Part shown: one piece after another, positions 61,158 through 64,000 of the stretch
Position numbering within the stretch: the first letter of the stretch is position 1
Layout of the letters: each line of letters starts with the position of its first letter
Source: Patescibacteria group bacterium
Lineage (GTDB): Bacteria; Patescibacteriota; Patescibacteriia; UBA2591; UBA6264
Direction of reading: 5' to 3'
Assembly (NCBI GenBank): GCA_016784145.1
Contig: JADHVF010000003.1
Location: 22,048-86,047 of the forward strand
Length of the DNA stretch: 64,000 nucleotides
Position numbers and translations under genes: made by a program
The notes under the pieces: generated by a model
Databases searched by the model: none
What the model saw: the letters and a program-made list of their open reading frames with translations, nothing else
Told to the model about the DNA's origin: nothing

Positions 61158-61871
61158 TCATGCCCATTTTTCTGTTTTTATATAATCTTCAGAAATGCCT
61201 AATTCTAACAAACAAGCAATTGTTAACTTTATGAACCTCTTTGGTCCACAAAGAAAAAAATATTTATTTTTAAAAGGAAAACAATACTTTTTAATCATTT
61301 GTTTATCAATTCTCTTTTTTTCTCCTTGCCAAAAAAATGGGACTTTGCTTGTTAAAGAAAAGACAACCTTGAAATTCTTGTTTTTTTTAATAATTGCTTT
61401 TAATTCTTTATAAAAAACAATATTTTGCTTGATTTTATTACTATAAATTAAAAATAATTTATTATTTAATTTTTTTTGAGAACAATATCTAATTATGCTC
61501 ATAAAAGGAGTCGCCCCGATTCCGCCAGCCAGTAAAACAACATTATTCATTCTATTCTCTTCAAAAACAAACTCACCAAAAGGACCAAAAACAACCACCT
61601 TGTCTCCTGTCTTTAGCTTATTAATTTTTTGAGTAAAACTTCCTCCTATTTTGATTACTAGTTCAATATATTCTTTATTTAAAGGAGAAGAACAAATTGA
61701 AAAAGCTCTTTTTTGCCAAATATTACCTAATTTATCATAAAGACCTAGCATAATAAATTGCCCAGGTCTAAAATCAAGAATATCTTTATTTTTTAAAACA
61801 ATTTTTAATTTAACAATATCTGACGTTAGGTTTTTCTTTGATTGAATTTTGCAAGAAAAATCTTGAAACAT
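61158..61871 (-). CDS. FAD/NAD(P)-binding oxidoreductase (FNR-like)
   Basis: FRPGQF, RAFSICS, GPFG, AGGIGATPF, LCGP. Confidence 0.9.
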   Translation of the reverse strand: MFQDFSCKIQSKKNLTSDIVKLKIVLKNKDILDFRPGQFIMLGLYDKLGNIWQKRAFSICSSPLNKEYIELVIKIGGSFTQKINKLKTGDKVVVFGPFGEFVFEENRMNNVVLLAGGIGATPFMSIIRYCSQKKLNNKLFLIYSNKIKQNIVFYKELKAIIKKNKNFKVVFSLTSKVPFFWQGEKKRIDKQMIKKYCFPFKNKYFFLCGPKRFIKLTIACLLELGISEDYIKTEKWA

Positions 61872-61967
61872 ATTTTTAAATATTTGAAATTAAAAATTAT
61901 TAATTATTCTGTTCGTAAAAAATATTAATTATTAATTATTGATTATCCTGCTAAGCAAAGCAAAGAG

Positions 61968-62040
61968 TGGACCGTGCCGGATTCGAACCGGCGACCTCCT
62001 CGATGCCATCGAGGCGCTCTACCAACTGAGCCAACGGCCC
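61968..62040 (-). tRNA. tRNA-Ala(GGC)
   Basis: G3:U70 pair; CCTCG-ATGGCAT-CGAGG. Confidence 0.95.
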
Positions 62041-62136
62041 CTTAAATTAATAATTAATAATTAAAATACAAGACGCCATCCTACATTCTGCTTCACAGAA
62101 TTTCGGCAGACACAACAATAACCAAACATTAGTCTG

Positions 62137-62223
62137 TGGTGCGGACGAGAGGACTCGAACCTCCACGAGGGAAACCCTCATAGGCCCTCAACCTATTGCG
62201 TATACCAATTCCGCCACGTCCGC
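62137..62223 (-). tRNA. tRNA-Leu(GAG), CCA encoded
   Basis: GCGGACG/CGTCCGC-A-CCA; ATAGG-TTGAGGG-CCTAT. Confidence 0.95.
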
Positions 62224-62238
62224 ATAAAAACTAACTTT

Positions 62239-62715
62239 TTACTTCTTAATTTTATCTTTGATTTCCTTTAATTTCTTCTTGTATTTTCCTCTTAAATAAT
62301 ACAATTTTGCTCTTCTTGTTTTGTGTTCTTTTACTATTTCTATTTTTTTTATTGAAGGTAAATATAGTGGAAAAATCTTTTCAACCCCAACCCCGCCAGT
62401 AGCAATTTTTCGAACCGTAAAAGTTGCTTCAGGAGATTTTCCTCTGTGCACAGAAATAACTATCCCCTCAAATACTTGAATTCTTTGCTTTTCCTTTCCT
62501 TTTGCATCCGTTTCTTTAATTTCTTGATGAACACGAATAATCATGCCAGGACTTATATTAGTAACTTTTTGTTCTACTTCTTCTCCAGCAGATTCTTCCT
62601 TTTTTATTTGTTCTCCTTTTTCTTGTGCTTTCAAATCTTTATGCGCAGAAGGAACACTTTCTACTTCTTTTTCAGAAGAGTTTTCTTTTGTTTCTTTTTT
62701 TTCTTCGTTAGTCAT
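62239..62715 (-). CDS. rplS: 50S ribosomal protein L19 with an acidic N-terminal extension
   Basis: RIQVFEG, TFTVRK, GVEKIFP, RRAKLYYLR. Confidence 0.96.
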   Translation of the reverse strand: MTNEEKKETKENSSEKEVESVPSAHKDLKAQEKGEQIKKEESAGEEVEQKVTNISPGMIIRVHQEIKETDAKGKEKQRIQVFEGIVISVHRGKSPEATFTVRKIATGGVGVEKIFPLYLPSIKKIEIVKEHKTRRAKLYYLRGKYKKKLKEIKDKIKK

Positions 62716-62725
62716 ATTGTTTATT

Positions 62726-63298
62726 CTATTTATTAATTTTGTTAATTATTTTTTGCTTTAATTTATTTATACCTGGTTCATTGTTTTTTATAATAACATT
62801 ATATATGTTTTTCTCATCTAAATCAATTTTATAAAGTCTTTTATATCTATTTTTGTCTCTCTTGTCTCTTCTAATTATTCTCTCTCTGGCTTGCTCTTGA
62901 GTTATATTTTCTCTTTTACTTACCCTTTTTATTCTAACCTGCTGACTACAATCAACAAAAATTCTATATTTAGCAAAATCTCCTGCTACCCAAGCAGCCA
63001 ATCTGCCAACTAAAACATATCCTCCTTTTGTTGCTAATTCAAGTGTTTTTTTATCCATAAAATGATCAATGTCCGCTGGCAAAACTTTTGATGCTTTGTC
63101 TAAAGAAATATTCATTTTTTGAGCGTATTGCCTCTGAATATCCCCTGCATTAACAAATTTTAACTTAAAAACGTCAGCAATGTGCTCAGCAATTGTATTT
63201 TTGCCTGAACCTGCCTGTCCTGAGACAGTGATTGTTAGTTTTTTAGATTGTTTATTAGTTTTTTGGTATTTTTTTAAATAATCTAAATATGTTCCCAT
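62726..63298 (-). CDS. cmk: Cytidylate kinase (archaeal-like short form)
   Basis: ITVSGQAGSGK, GRLAAW, RYKRLYKID. Confidence 0.78.
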   Translation of the reverse strand: MGTYLDYLKKYQKTNKQSKKLTITVSGQAGSGKNTIAEHIADVFKLKFVNAGDIQRQYAQKMNISLDKASKVLPADIDHFMDKKTLELATKGGYVLVGRLAAWVAGDFAKYRIFVDCSQQVRIKRVSKRENITQEQARERIIRRDKRDKNRYKRLYKIDLDEKNIYNVIIKNNEPGINKLKQKIINKINK

Positions 63299-63307
63299 TG
63301 CTTATTA

Positions 63308-64000
63308 TTATTTTTTTAAAGTAAGTAAAAAATTATTTAATTTTTTTGGCAAATTACTATTTATAATATTATACTTATTATTTAAATCATAAAACCCCAA
63401 ACAATAAGCATGTAAAAATATTCTATCTATGTCCGTGCTTAAATTTTTAAATTTATATTTTTTGTCCCCAACTATTGGAAACCCGAACGCCTTGAGATGA
63501 ACTCTTATTTGGTTTGTTCTGCCTGTTACTGGCTCTACTTTTAACAAACTATACTTTGATGGAAAATTAAACTCTGTCACTACTTCATATTTTGTTAAAG
63601 CTGATTTTTTGAATTTAATTTTTTTATCATATTTAACAGACACAATCTTGCCTTTTGGATTTCTCCCAATTTCAAAATCAATTTCGCCTTGTTTGACAGG
63701 CAAATGTCCATAAACAAGCGCATAATAATATTTAGTTATTCTTTTCTGCTTAAATTGCTCTATAAAATAATCATATACTGTTTGTGAAAGAGCAAGCATA
63801 AGCACTCCTGAAACATCTCTATCAAGTCGATGAATAATTCCATTTCTACCTACTTGTCCAATGTTTTTAACTTGCGGATAATTATCCAAAAGCCAACTAA
63901 ATAATGTTGGTTGTGTTTGAATATTTTTTATTGGGTGCATTAAAATCCCTGCAGGCTTGGCTACTACCAACAAATCATCTCGTTCATACAATATCTTAAT
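63308..64000 (-). CDS. RluA/RluD-family pseudouridine synthase (5' end outside window)
   Basis: KPAG, HRLDRDVSG, TGRTNQIRVH, PIVGDKKY, FLHA. Confidence 0.93.
   Translation of the reverse strand: MKILYERDDLLVVAKPAGILMHPIKNIQTQPTLFSWLLDNYPQVKNIGQVGRNGIIHRLDRDVSGVLMLALSQTVYDYFIEQFKQKRITKYYYALVYGHLPVKQGEIDFEIGRNPKGKIVSVKYDKKIKFKKSALTKYEVVTEFNFPSKYSLLKVEPVTGRTNQIRVHLKAFGFPIVGDKKYKFKNLSTDIDRIFLHAYCLGFYDLNNKYNIINSNLPKKLNNFLLTLKK

Overview
Very AT-rich bacterial chromosome window, read with genetic code 11 (TGA is used as a stop). Gene content and organisation suggest a Patescibacteria/CPR (Parcubacteria-like) genome; this is an inference. It is mostly housekeeping: murA, nusA, hppA, tig, fba, tpiA, dnaB, asnS, aspS, ftsX, queA, holA, ruvA, rpsT, rplU, rpmH, rplS, rnpA, yidD, yidC, rny, clpP, thiI, trxB, tkt, rpe, rpiB, 2-oxoacid:ferredoxin oxidoreductase, class II RNR and an RSH, plus 13 tRNA genes. 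The most interesting signals are non-coding. (1) A complete classical translation-coupled attenuator sits directly in front of a tRNA-Asn gene, between asnS and aspS: consensus promoter, leaderless 19-aa peptide with NNNNDDN, and mutually exclusive antiterminator/terminator. (2) A mosaic repeat family of a 25-bp hairpin (ACTTAGAGGCCTTGCCCCTAAGTAG, about 17 copies) plus heptamer tracts (AATCAAT)n occurs in four arrays, three next to tRNA genes; one array carries a unique coding-like insert and one is bracketed by a duplicated terminator. (3) ORFans form self-contained cassettes with a Shine-Dalgarno and a boxA-like leader motif, whereas many core genes look leaderless. No transposase, integrase or cas gene was seen.
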